NCBI GenBank assembly: GCA_003539495.1
Contig: DPPB01000031.1
Coordinates: forward strand, 21,407-85,406
DNA: 64,000 bases
Direction: 5' to 3'
Source of the DNA: Oscillibacter sp.
GTDB lineage: Bacteria > Bacillota > Clostridia > Oscillospirales > Oscillospiraceae
The notes beneath the pieces were generated by a model. It was not told where the DNA came from, made no database searches, and was given only the letters and a program-made list of their open reading frames with translations. Below are positions 36,346-45,234 of the stretch, piece by piece. Positions within the stretch are counted from its first letter, which is position 1. Every line of letters begins with the position of its first letter. A program made the position numbers and the translations under genes.

Positions 36346-37100
36346 AGCGTTAAAAATCCTTTTTCCAGCAGCCAGCGGACGTTCTCCTCCGCCTGTAATG
36401 TCTCCAATGTATAGGTTAGGTGTTCTTCCCGGGCCAGTGCGTGCAGCACCTGCTCCATGGGGATGGTGCCCCGTTTCAGGGGGTCGTGAAGGTCCCCGCC
36501 GCCGGCATTGTTGTGCAGGTGCAGATGCCGCAGGTAGGGCCTGCACACCTCCACCCAATCCATGACCGGGGTGCGGGACAGCTCCGCATTGGCGTGGCCC
36601 ACATCCAGGCACAGCCGCAGCCGGGGGTCGTCCACCTGGCGGATGATGTCCACCGGAATCTGTGGCGACGGCTCCATGACGTTTTCCAGGCACAGGACCA
36701 TGCCCGCCGGCACCTGCGGCAGAAACTCCCGCCAAAACTCCACGGATTTCTCCACGAACCACTCCGGATAGTATACCCACGGGATAAATCCCGTGTGAAC
36801 CACCAGCAGCCGGCAACCCCAATCCTGGGCGGCAGCCAGGGCCTGGGCGTAGCGATGCCGGGCCAGGCTGACAGCCAGGGGGTCGATGGCGGCGGGACAC
36901 AGCTCATTGAACGGCGCATGGAACACAAACCGTTTCGCCGCCTGCCGGTGGCACTGTGCAGCTGTCACCACCTCCGGAATGGGGGCATCCAGATTCGCGG
37001 CAGTGCAGTATTCGGCAATCTCCAGGCCCAGACCGTACCGGGCGGCGGTCTCATCGCACCCGGCGGAAACGGTAGAAATATAGAGCTGGCTGCAGTCCAT
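36342..37100 (-). CDS. Sugar-phosphate isomerase/epimerase-like TIM-barrel protein (xylose-isomerase-like / AP-endonuclease-2 fold), first gene of the cobTUS operon
   Basis: 252 aa with the His/Glu/Asp metal-ligand pattern (…VVHTGF…CLENV…LDVGHANA…HLHLHNN…) typical of this superfamily. RBS GGAG. Stop overlaps the cobT start. Confidence 0.6.
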   Translation of the reverse strand: MDCSQLYISTVSAGCDETAARYGLGLEIAEYCTAANLDAPIPEVVTAAQCHRQAAKRFVFHAPFNELCPAAIDPLAVSLARHRYAQALAAAQDWGCRLLVVHTGFIPWVYYPEWFVEKSVEFWREFLPQVPAGMVLCLENVMEPSPQIPVDIIRQVDDPRLRLCLDVGHANAELSRTPVMDWVEVCRPYLRHLHLHNNAGGGDLHDPLKRGTIPMEQVLHALAREEHLTYTLETLQAEENVRWLLEKGFLTL

Positions 37101-37131
37101 GGCGCTTCTCCTTTTTCTTTTATGCGGGAAA

Positions 37132-37160
37132 AGTATACCACGGCAGCCCGCCCTTGTAAA
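37132..37160 (-). promoter_or_regulatory. Sigma-A promoter (TTTACA-N17-TATACT) for the TIM-barrel-cobT-cobU-cobS operon
   Basis: Consensus-like hexamers about 30 nt upstream of the ATG at 37100, immediately downstream of a terminator. Confidence 0.65.
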
Positions 37161-37204
37161 GCGCGCGGGAGCCGTTCATCCCCGTCTCAAGGGCACAAAA
37201 GTGC

Positions 37205-37235
37205 CTCCCGCTGCCGGGAGGCACTTTCTGAATTG
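37205..37235 (-). terminator. Intrinsic terminator after the flavodoxin-like gene
   Basis: gtgcctcccg-gctgc-cgggaggcac stem followed on the minus strand by TTTTGTG. Confidence 0.7.
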
Positions 37236-37250
37236 TTTCTCCGCTGCGTC

Positions 37251-37808
37251 TTACGCCTCTGTCAGGCCGTTTTCCGCCATGACCTTTTGCAGGATCGCCT
37301 CCGGGTCATTGCCCTGGATGTCCAGCCCCTCCGCCAGAAGCAGCCGGGTAGCTGGGATGCCGAAATAGTCCTCCGCCAGTGCCTTCACATACCCATAGCC
37401 AAAGCGCCCGTCAAAAGGGCCGCCCGACGTTGTGACATAGATCAGCTCCTCCGCCCGGCACATGCCCTCCGGCCGGCCGTCGGCGCCATACCGCGTCACG
37501 ATGCCCGTGGCGTAGATGTTTTCGATATAGATCTTCAGCTGAGCCGGGAAGGACAGGTCCCAGTAGGGCGCCGCTATCACGATCCGGTCCGCCGCGGCGA
37601 ACTGATGGGAATAGCGGAATATCTCGCCGTCCAGCTCGCCCCGGTCCAGCAGCTCCTCCCGATGGGGCAGCCGCTGGGGGTCCATAGCCCGGATGGGCTC
37701 ATCGTATAGTCGCAGCTCCTCGTACTCCCCCAGCTTTTTCAGCAGTGCCCGGGCCAGACGGTCCGTGCGGGAGTTCATCCGGGGGCAGCAGTTAATGTAT
37801 AGGGTCAT
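37251..37808 (-). CDS. Flavodoxin-like fold NAD(P)H-dependent FMN reductase / azoreductase-type oxidoreductase
   Basis: 185 aa. The MTLYINCCPR…RTDRLARALL N-terminus and DRIVIAAPYWDLSFPAQLK match the Flavodoxin_2/AzoR family pattern. Confidence 0.6.
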   Translation of the reverse strand: MTLYINCCPRMNSRTDRLARALLKKLGEYEELRLYDEPIRAMDPQRLPHREELLDRGELDGEIFRYSHQFAAADRIVIAAPYWDLSFPAQLKIYIENIYATGIVTRYGADGRPEGMCRAEELIYVTTSGGPFDGRFGYGYVKALAEDYFGIPATRLLLAEGLDIQGNDPEAILQKVMAENGLTEA

Positions 37809-37837
37809 GGGGTATACCTCCTCATAAAGTTGTCTTT

Positions 37838-38893
37838 TTACGCTTTTTCTATCTGCCGGGCAAAATCTGCCGCCCGCCGTTCGATACCCGGCAGGCGCAC
37901 AAGGCTCCCCCGCTCGTTGGCTGTTTCCAGCAGGCAGAAATGAGGCGGCAGGAAAAAGGACTTGTTCATATTCAGGGCCGAAATCAGCTGCCGGGCCAGT
38001 AAGTCACCCCCGGAGTAGCCGGAAACCACCAGGCCAAACAGGCGCTTGTCGTAAAACCGCTGCTGGCGAAACAGGGCCGTCAGGCGATTGACGCAGGCGG
38101 TGAGATTGGCAGACAGGGCGTCATTATAGTTGGCGCAGAGCATCACCAGCGCATCGCATCGGCGCACAGCGGGATAGACCTCCTGTACCATGGGCCCGCT
38201 TCCGTAAAAGCAGCTGCCCTGCTCACCGAAATGCAGACATGCGGTGTAGCTGCAGCCGTTGCAATCGGGCACGGTGCCGTTGCGCAGGCCGATTTCCTCC
38301 ACCTCCATCTCCGGCGGCAGCGCTCGGCGCACCAGCTCCCAAAAGGCCAGAGTGTTGGAGGTGCTGCGCTGGGAGGCATGCAGGGCCAGTATATGGCGGA
38401 TGGGCCCGGGCTTTTCCCAGGCTGCCAGCCTTTCTATCAGCTCCGAAATCGACGCCCGGAAGGCCGTCTCCTCATTCACGCCGCCTATCTGGGCCTGGAC
38501 ACGGAAATTGCGCAGCGATCCGGTGGCCTCCACCAGGGGCCGGCCCAAAAAGGCGCAGCCCGCCTGATTGGCGGCAAACACCATGTCCCGGGCCACATCC
38601 TTGGTGTAAAACTCCCCCACGCCTGTGACAATCACTCCGGCCACGCAGCCGGTAAGCAAGCTCACATCCCGCCGCAGCCGGGAGAGCATGTGATAGTACG
38701 CTTCATTGCAGCCTCCCTCGTCCAGAGCCACGGCAAACAGGAGGCGCCGACCCTGCAAGCCCTCCAGGTCTCTTTCCGGGTCAGCGAAGACGCTGCCCAG
38801 GGGCAGCAGGGGCGTGAGCATTTCCTCCAGGGCAGAGCTATATGCATTTTTCGGTAAAAGAACGGTCAGCGGCATTTTTACCCCTTCTTTCAT
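37838..38893 (-). CDS. Two-domain flavoprotein: an unknown N-terminal domain plus a C-terminal iron-sulfur-flavoprotein-like NADPH-dependent FMN reductase domain
   Basis: C-terminal …ILALHASQRSTSNTLAFWELV…CNGCSYTAC…CDALVMLCANYNDALSANL… is an Isf/FMN_red-like flavodoxin fold with a Cys cluster. No homology to the N-terminal 170 aa recognised by eye. Confidence 0.5.
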   Translation of the reverse strand: MKEGVKMPLTVLLPKNAYSSALEEMLTPLLPLGSVFADPERDLEGLQGRRLLFAVALDEGGCNEAYYHMLSRLRRDVSLLTGCVAGVIVTGVGEFYTKDVARDMVFAANQAGCAFLGRPLVEATGSLRNFRVQAQIGGVNEETAFRASISELIERLAAWEKPGPIRHILALHASQRSTSNTLAFWELVRRALPPEMEVEEIGLRNGTVPDCNGCSYTACLHFGEQGSCFYGSGPMVQEVYPAVRRCDALVMLCANYNDALSANLTACVNRLTALFRQQRFYDKRLFGLVVSGYSGGDLLARQLISALNMNKSFFLPPHFCLLETANERGSLVRLPGIERRAADFARQIEKA

Positions 38894-38894
38894 G

Positions 38895-39062
38895 GAGGCT
38901 GTCGAAAAGCCCTGTCATAGCGAAGCCAGTGCTGCGCACTGGCTTCGCTATCCGCTTTGGAAATTCGGATTTTAGGGTCTTCTTTGCAAATCTCAGGTGC
39001 TGAAGCCACGGGTTCCCACGTCGCTTCGCCCCTCGGAATGACAAAACGGAATTTTCGACAGT
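38895..39062. repeat. Family B palindromic repeat (GTCATAGCGAAGCCAGTGCTGCGCACTGGCTTCGCTATCCG plus a second half-copy) inserted between the LDH-like and flavoprotein genes
   Basis: Nested inverted repeats homologous to 18878-18925 and 59064-59110. Fills the whole 170-nt intergenic gap. Confidence 0.6.
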
Positions 39063-40292
39063 CTATTGTATAGCCTTTAATTTTTCCTCTGTCTCTTTCA
39101 GGCGGTCAAGAAGTGCCCTCGGTAACGGCAGGCGCTCAAATTCCACGCCCCCCGGCGTCATACGGTTGCGCCCGCCCATGAAAACGCCGCCTAAGTAGGC
39201 CGATGAGCAGTGCCACTGCCCCCGCAGGCACAGCAGCAGGCTCAGCGCCCCCGACGACAGGGCCGGAGCCACAAAGGGCTTAAAGCCCATTCGCCGCATC
39301 TCCAGGTTTGCATGGGCGGCCAGATCCGTCAGTTCCCGGGAGAGGGCATCGTCATAGTGCGAGATGGAGTTGGCGATGACCAGGTCCTCTCCATGGGGGC
39401 CGAAGCTGCGGCCGTCCGTGAGGAACTCCGCAAAACGGGAATCCCTTTTGGCATAATAGGCCGCCCGAGCGTTCATCACCCCCAGGCCGAAGCCCTTCAC
39501 CTGGTGGGGAAACAAGCCTCCGCCATCCAGGGTTCCATTTTCATCCCGGTTGCTCTCCAGCAGCACCGCCCGGCACAGGGGATCCACTGGATCACTGACC
39601 ACGCAAAACAGGCCCTTATACCGGGCCGCCCGGGCCTTTTTCGCATACAGCGCCGCCAGTTCCCGGTTCAGCTCGTACTGAGCCATGCGCACGTCTCCGT
39701 CTTTCACCGCCGTGTCCGGCACGAACCGGGACGCGCAGAACAGGAATACATCTCCATCAAACAGCTCCTCCGGCCCGATGATCTCCACCGGCGGCAGAGC
39801 GTCATATGCCCAGGGCAGGCCGATCTGATTCAGCTCAAATTCCCACCGCTGGGGCACGTTTTCCCGCAGGTCGCAGATGCCAATAGAGGCGATGATATCC
39901 CCGCCCAGCAGCCGCAGACCCTGGAGCAGCGTGCTGCCCACATCTCCCAGGCCCAGGAGGTTCACCCGGTATTTTCCCCTCCGCGATGGGGGGGAGAGCA
40001 GCTCCTGCCAGCGGGGGTGCAGCCGGTTCACGGCTCGCACCCGTCCCGTCCGGATGGCCTCCTCCAGCTCCGCCGGGATGGCCGGGCCCGGGGTGGAGGC
40101 ATCCAGGGTCTCCACGCCCTCCTTCTCCGTCAGCAGGGCCGCATCCGTCACCGGGAAGGTCTCCCGGCCCGTGAGCATTTCCCGGGCAAAGAGGAAAATG
40201 ATCTCTCCCTCCCCCGGCAGGGCGCCTATTCTTTCATAGGGCAGCGCCTCCCAGGCGCAGAGGGTGTGTCCCTCATAGCGATAGTAGTTCAT
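39063..40292 (-). CDS. L-lactate/malate dehydrogenase-family NAD-dependent dehydrogenase with a ~110-aa N-terminal extension
   Basis: Rossmann GxGxxG VNLLGLGDVGSTLLQGL…ICDL. LDH-like VVSDPVDPL (TNPVD equivalent). Catalytic-His region FGPHGEDLVIANS. Start ATGA overlaps the stop of the 1589-aa gene. Confidence 0.6.
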   Translation of the reverse strand: MNYYRYEGHTLCAWEALPYERIGALPGEGEIIFLFAREMLTGRETFPVTDAALLTEKEGVETLDASTPGPAIPAELEEAIRTGRVRAVNRLHPRWQELLSPPSRRGKYRVNLLGLGDVGSTLLQGLRLLGGDIIASIGICDLRENVPQRWEFELNQIGLPWAYDALPPVEIIGPEELFDGDVFLFCASRFVPDTAVKDGDVRMAQYELNRELAALYAKKARAARYKGLFCVVSDPVDPLCRAVLLESNRDENGTLDGGGLFPHQVKGFGLGVMNARAAYYAKRDSRFAEFLTDGRSFGPHGEDLVIANSISHYDDALSRELTDLAAHANLEMRRMGFKPFVAPALSSGALSLLLCLRGQWHCSSAYLGGVFMGGRNRMTPGGVEFERLPLPRALLDRLKETEEKLKAIQ

Positions 40293-43200
40293 ACCTTCGC
40301 CTCCTTTGTCATAAAGCGCATCCGCTTGAGCAGCTCGATGTCATCGTCCAGGTAGGTGGAGGCCCCCCGGCTCAGATCATAGGTCATGCTGCTTCCCTTG
40401 TCGGGGCACAGGGGCAGGATCACCGCCTCACTCAGGCGGCTGAGCGTCAGGTTCCGCGCAAAGATCCGCCGGTACTCCGTCTCCAGGGCCAGCAGGATGT
40501 TCCGGGCATTTTCCAGGCAGCACAGGCTCAGGGCCCAGGCGGTCTCCGGATCCAGCGGCCCGAACTCCGGGGAAGCATAGGGCAGGATCCGGTTCACAGA
40601 CGGCTGCAGGCCGCCCTCCATCCGCTCACTGCGGCGGATGGTATCTCCGCCGATGAAGGGATACAGCGTAGACTCCACAAAGCGCATCCGCAGATTGGGC
40701 AGGTAATATACGCCCTCGGCGTCATAGCCCAGACTCTCCATCAGATCCCGGCCGGTGCCGGTGAGATAGCCCACCAGCACCTTTTTTACCCGGGTACCGG
40801 TCTTTCGCAGCAGTGGTGCCAGGCGGCGGATACGCTTGCCGTCGTGGAGCACATCGTCCACTAAGATAGCGGGCCGGTCAAAGGCCCGAATGGTACGCAC
40901 CTGATCCTCCAGCGGGGAGTAATCCGGATATGCCTCAATGGAGTACGAGGATAGATCAGGCTCATACACCTTGTCTGTGCGCAGCGTCTTGGTGACGGTG
41001 TTGGGCACGATGACGCCGCGCATGAGCTTGCCATAGGGCACGCAGATATCCGGCCCCAGCTGCCGGGGCTGCGTAGGCTCCTCAGGTACGCCGTTGCACT
41101 CGGTGATGCGCCGCAGAAGCCTATGGTAAATCACCCCGGCAGACAGGCTCAGTACCAGCCCGCCCGGCTGGAGAAGTGTCATAGTCTCCTGCAGCCGCCG
41201 GTGCGCCGCCGCCACGGCAGCCACCACCATGGGGGCCGTAGACAAGGGGGGCTTTATGGTGGTGCCCACGTTGTTGCTGAGGATAATGGGCTGGCGCATG
41301 TCCACCGCCAGAGCGATGCGGGAGCAGCTGCCCGGCACAGGCACAAAGCCCTGCAGCCGCAGCAGATCCCGCGCCCAGGCATCCGCAAAGCCCTCCAGGG
41401 GCATATAAATGGCATAGGTGTACTCGCGGCCCAGGGCCAGGGTCAGCACCTCCGTCAAAAGCAGCTGACCCAGCTCATTCTGCTGGGAGGTCTGCGGCAC
41501 AAAAAGGCCGCTTACCAGCAGCGTCCGCCCGCCGGCGTTCTGCCGCACAAAGGCCGCCAGCTCTGCGCTCCCCAGCCGGGAGAACAGGTGCTGGGAATCC
41601 ATGCAGCAATAGGTGGCCGCCCCCAGCACCGTCTTGGTCTCCCCATTGGTCAGCAGCAGCACATCATCGCCGCTTTGGCGCAGCGCCCGCAGCACCGTCT
41701 CTGCGGCGGAGGCAGGCAGGGTCCGGCGCAGCATTGCGTTCAGGCGCTCCTCCTCCGGTCCGCAGGGGATAAACTCCAGATCCTCCGTCCGCAGCACGGG
41801 TTTATCCAGCGGCTCCCGCAGATACAGGCTGTGGCGGTAGATAAATTCCTGGGCCATGGGGTCAATAAGATGGGAGATATCCCGGTTAGCGTCCACCGCC
41901 TCCCGGATGCGGGTGGAGCTGATCTCCTCCAGCTCCTCTGGCAGGGTCAGCTCCAGCACCTTGCCGCTGATACAGCCGTAGTCCCCGACCATATCGGCAC
42001 CGGCCCGGCGGAATATCACATGGTCGAAGCTATGGATGGAATCCGGCTCCGTGGGCTTGCGATACGAGGAGGCGTGGGCCACCACGTCGCTGCCCACCAC
42101 AATGGATACCTCCCGTCCCGGGAACGCCCGGCGCAGTCGGCGCAGATTTTCGGGGTTGGCAATATTCACCGGGAAATCCTCCGGGAAGATATGCACATAA
42201 AATTCATCCGCCACAGACATGGCCGCAATCTCCCGCCGGACGCGGTAGGGCTGGGTGCGCTTAGACCAGGAAAACTCGTCGATGGCCAGCAGCACCTCAA
42301 AGCCCTCGTCCCGGATGGCCCGGACAATACCCTTGTGGGACAGGGTAAAGGGGTCAAAGGTACCGGGAAAGAAGGCCACAGGCCGAGGCGGTGAAAAGGA
42401 TACGCCCCCGCACAGCAGCTCCTGCTCCACCAAAAGCCGGTAGAGCCTGCCCAGCATGGCAGCCCGATAGTAAAAGTGCAGACCGCTCTCGCTCTCCGCC
42501 TGACATATGGCCAGGATGCGCCGGACCGTCAGCTGCAGGGACCGGCATTTCTCCTCCCGGTCCAGCACCGGCGAGCCGAACACATGTCTCCCCAGCAGAT
42601 ACATAGCCTCCTGCCGGGTACCCATGTCGATGCCCGCCGTACCCTTCATCAGCATACCCAGCAGCCGCTGGGCCCGGCCACGGCGAGTCCCCTCGTCCTC
42701 CGGAAAGCGCTCCCGATACACGGTGTAGGTCTCCAGGATCTCTGCAGCGGTATCCAGGGCTGAGGCCACGATATGCCCCTCTGAGGAGGAGAGGGAGGCA
42801 GCCAGGCCCACCAGAAGCTCATCCAGCTGCTCCGGCGGCAGCCACAGGGCAAAGCGTCCCAGATACTCCGGGATATACTTGGTGAATTCCTGCTGTCCCA
42901 GCTCCAGGCCCCGGCACAGCTCCACGGCAATCTCGTTGCGCTGATCCACGCTCAGCAGCGGTGCCAGCTCCAGCAGCGCGCCGCCGGCGCTGTGACGCAC
43001 GGTGACCCGGTCGCTGACCTTGATGAGGTTGGAGAAATGGGCGGCAATGTGCAGCACCTGACCGCCGCCGGCCTTGGCGTGCTCTGTCAGCAGGAGTATG
43101 TTCATTCTGCGGATAACCCACGGGGTGGCGGTTTTCAGGTTATCCAAGAAAATCTCCGAGATGGTCTCGTCCGGCAGGCGCACCACTTTTCCCTCCAGCA

Positions 43201-45058
43201 ATCGGCTGCGCAGGATAGACAGGGAGGTGCTGTCGCCGCAATGCATCTTTCTAAGCGCATTTTGGAGCCGCGGCTCTCCGGGCAGGGCCGCCAGCAGCGC
43301 CCGCAGCAGCAGTGCGGCAGACGTGCGCACCGTCAACTCCCGGGACCGGGCTGAAACCTCCGCAAAGCGCAGCAGCGTTTCCCGCTGCGCCGGGGTGCAG
43401 CGGTCCAGGGGCAGCGCCGCAAAGGTATCCAGCAGCCGGAATGCCACATCCGGCTCCATTCGCCCACCGCTGCGGCAATAGACCAGCAGGCAATCCAAAA
43501 AGCCCTCCTCCCGGCCCGGGCAATGCTGCAGCAGGGAGTTTACCGCAAATTTCAGGGTATATCCGATCCAACTGCGGTACTGGGGCATCAGCTTATGGTC
43601 CGGAAAGATGATTTTTTCCAAATACAGCTTCCACTGACCCAGGTCGGTGATATTGCCCAGGGGCTTGCTGTCCCGGGGGCGTTCCTTCACATAGCCCGCG
43701 TGGAAATCGGCGATGATGGCGCCCATCAGTGCCGCCGCCTGGCGGCGGATGTCACCCTCCCGGTGCATCAACAGCTCATAGAGAAACGCCAGCGTCTCCA
43801 TCTTCTGCGGCAGGCGCAGATACAGGGAGTAGGATTCGATAACCCCCAGATAGGCTCGCAGCCGCCGCCAATCCGTCTCGCCCCGGGCCTGCTCCAGCAG
43901 CTGGGCAAAGCTCCGTAGTCCCGTGAGCCGATCCATCAGCCGGATATTATGCTCCACGCATACCAGGCGCAGCACGTCCAGGGCCTCCTCATCCGTCATC
44001 AGTGCCGCCGGCTTTTCCCTCCGGGGCGGCATATTGCGGCTCTGTAGTGAGGTATCCACCCCACGCTCGCTCAAAAAGCGCTCAAAATCCCGCAGCCGGG
44101 TGTATACCCGGCGGTAGCGCTGCTTTTTCTGCTCATCCACTCCGTCCAGCTTGGACAAGATCACGTCAAATGCCTCGGACAGGGTGGAGATGCAGGTAAT
44201 CTCCTCCCCATGGGCTCCCCATATCTGCTTCACCCGGAAATCCGCATAGATCAGCAGCAGTGACTCCACAGACAGATAGTCCGGCTCTAAGTCCCACACG
44301 GAGTGGTTGGCGGCCACATGTCCGATATCCGAGAGCTTATGCCGCCGGAACCAGAGGTCCGTGTAGTAGTAGTGCAGGTACGGCACCCGCTCCCCCGGCC
44401 GGCAGCCGAATTTGCCGATGTCGTGCCCGGCGGCACTGCCGGACACCAGGGCCAGATCCACGGGGATCCCGGTCTCTCGCAATCCCCGGCCCATGGTCAC
44501 GGCGATGTGATGCACCCCCGCAATATGCTCCAGCGCCCGGAACGGCGTGACCTCCAGGCCCAGACGCATCATCTCATACACATACTCCCGCTTCCATAGC
44601 CGCAGCATCTGCCCATAGCCCGCCGCACAGGGGCTGCCCTCCAGCTCTTCCTCTTGTAAAAAGGCAAAATCCCACATGGGGTCAAAGGGCTGCAGCTCAC
44701 GCTCTGCACCAAACAGCACCTGCAGCACCGACAGCAGGAAGGCCGCACCGGCTCCGCAGGAAAAGTCCCTCCCCTGCTCCGGGAAAAGCTGCCGCCTGGC
44801 ATAATCAAAGGTATAGAGCAGCCAGCCCTCTTGAGGCGTCTGGGGGCACAGCTGCTCCAGCTCACCCCGGCACAGCTCCAGTACCTGTGCGCACTGCACC
44901 CGCCCGCCATCCAGCAGCGGTGCAAAGCGCTGCATATAGTTCTCCCGCTCCAATCCCTGCAAAAGCTCCTTCTGCCGGGCGAAATAGTCTCCCGCGGGCC
45001 GTTTTTGCAGCCTGCGCAGCAGCAGCACGTTCATCTGCCGTATCTTCTTTTTATTCAT
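40289..45058 (-). CDS. Giant multidomain protein: N-terminal HD-domain phosphohydrolase, helical central region, NadD/NMNAT-like nucleotidyltransferase, small alpha/beta (GNAT-like?) segment, C-terminal type-I phosphoribosyltransferase domain
   Basis: 1589 aa. HD motif …HHIAVTM…AAGHDIGKFG…LLLIYADF. Nucleotidyltransferase PGTFDPFTLSHKG plus ISSTRIREA (the NadD ISSTxIR motif). PRTase PRPP loop RPAILVDDVLHDGKRIRRL with a PurF-like flank. Own TTTACA-N17-TAGCAT promoter and a GGGGG RBS. Confidence 0.65.
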   Translation of the reverse strand: MNKKKIRQMNVLLLRRLQKRPAGDYFARQKELLQGLERENYMQRFAPLLDGGRVQCAQVLELCRGELEQLCPQTPQEGWLLYTFDYARRQLFPEQGRDFSCGAGAAFLLSVLQVLFGAERELQPFDPMWDFAFLQEEELEGSPCAAGYGQMLRLWKREYVYEMMRLGLEVTPFRALEHIAGVHHIAVTMGRGLRETGIPVDLALVSGSAAGHDIGKFGCRPGERVPYLHYYYTDLWFRRHKLSDIGHVAANHSVWDLEPDYLSVESLLLIYADFRVKQIWGAHGEEITCISTLSEAFDVILSKLDGVDEQKKQRYRRVYTRLRDFERFLSERGVDTSLQSRNMPPRREKPAALMTDEEALDVLRLVCVEHNIRLMDRLTGLRSFAQLLEQARGETDWRRLRAYLGVIESYSLYLRLPQKMETLAFLYELLMHREGDIRRQAAALMGAIIADFHAGYVKERPRDSKPLGNITDLGQWKLYLEKIIFPDHKLMPQYRSWIGYTLKFAVNSLLQHCPGREEGFLDCLLVYCRSGGRMEPDVAFRLLDTFAALPLDRCTPAQRETLLRFAEVSARSRELTVRTSAALLLRALLAALPGEPRLQNALRKMHCGDSTSLSILRSRLLEGKVVRLPDETISEIFLDNLKTATPWVIRRMNILLLTEHAKAGGGQVLHIAAHFSNLIKVSDRVTVRHSAGGALLELAPLLSVDQRNEIAVELCRGLELGQQEFTKYIPEYLGRFALWLPPEQLDELLVGLAASLSSSEGHIVASALDTAAEILETYTVYRERFPEDEGTRRGRAQRLLGMLMKGTAGIDMGTRQEAMYLLGRHVFGSPVLDREEKCRSLQLTVRRILAICQAESESGLHFYYRAAMLGRLYRLLVEQELLCGGVSFSPPRPVAFFPGTFDPFTLSHKGIVRAIRDEGFEVLLAIDEFSWSKRTQPYRVRREIAAMSVADEFYVHIFPEDFPVNIANPENLRRLRRAFPGREVSIVVGSDVVAHASSYRKPTEPDSIHSFDHVIFRRAGADMVGDYGCISGKVLELTLPEELEEISSTRIREAVDANRDISHLIDPMAQEFIYRHSLYLREPLDKPVLRTEDLEFIPCGPEEERLNAMLRRTLPASAAETVLRALRQSGDDVLLLTNGETKTVLGAATYCCMDSQHLFSRLGSAELAAFVRQNAGGRTLLVSGLFVPQTSQQNELGQLLLTEVLTLALGREYTYAIYMPLEGFADAWARDLLRLQGFVPVPGSCSRIALAVDMRQPIILSNNVGTTIKPPLSTAPMVVAAVAAAHRRLQETMTLLQPGGLVLSLSAGVIYHRLLRRITECNGVPEEPTQPRQLGPDICVPYGKLMRGVIVPNTVTKTLRTDKVYEPDLSSYSIEAYPDYSPLEDQVRTIRAFDRPAILVDDVLHDGKRIRRLAPLLRKTGTRVKKVLVGYLTGTGRDLMESLGYDAEGVYYLPNLRMRFVESTLYPFIGGDTIRRSERMEGGLQPSVNRILPYASPEFGPLDPETAWALSLCCLENARNILLALETEYRRIFARNLTLSRLSEAVILPLCPDKGSSMTYDLSRGASTYLDDDIELLKRMRFMTKEAKV

Positions 45059-45095
45059 GGCGGCGCCCCCTGTTTCGGTGGTTTTCTTTTCTATT

Positions 45096-45124
45096 ATGCT
45101 ACCACAGCCGCCGCCTGATGTAAA
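45096..45124 (-). promoter_or_regulatory. Sigma-A promoter (TTTACA-N17-TAGCAT) of the giant-protein / LDH-like operon
   Basis: Hexamers about 35 nt upstream of the ATG at 45058, just downstream of the glyA terminator. Confidence 0.55.
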
Positions 45125-45159
45125 CAGCGCAGATGCTCGGTTTTCTCAAGTTTTTTGGT

Positions 45160-45198
45160 CATAAAATGTCCCCTGCACAGCATTGTGCAGGGGACATT
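45160..45198 (-). terminator. Intrinsic terminator of glyA
   Basis: atgtcccctgcaca-gcat-tgtgcaggggacat, a 14-bp stem followed on the minus strand by TTTT. Confidence 0.8.
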
Positions 45199-45234
45199 TG
45201 TTCACCGTCCGTTCTCATCGGAGCCATTTGCCTG

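Noticed and set aside
35254-36900. 548-aa ORF extending cobT 185 codons upstream
   Set aside because: The extension overlaps the TIM-barrel gene in another frame and is Gly/Pro/Arg-rich, a GC artefact. CobT homology begins at MNYEERLLKEL (ATG 36345), which overlaps the upstream gene's stop in the usual ATGA manner.
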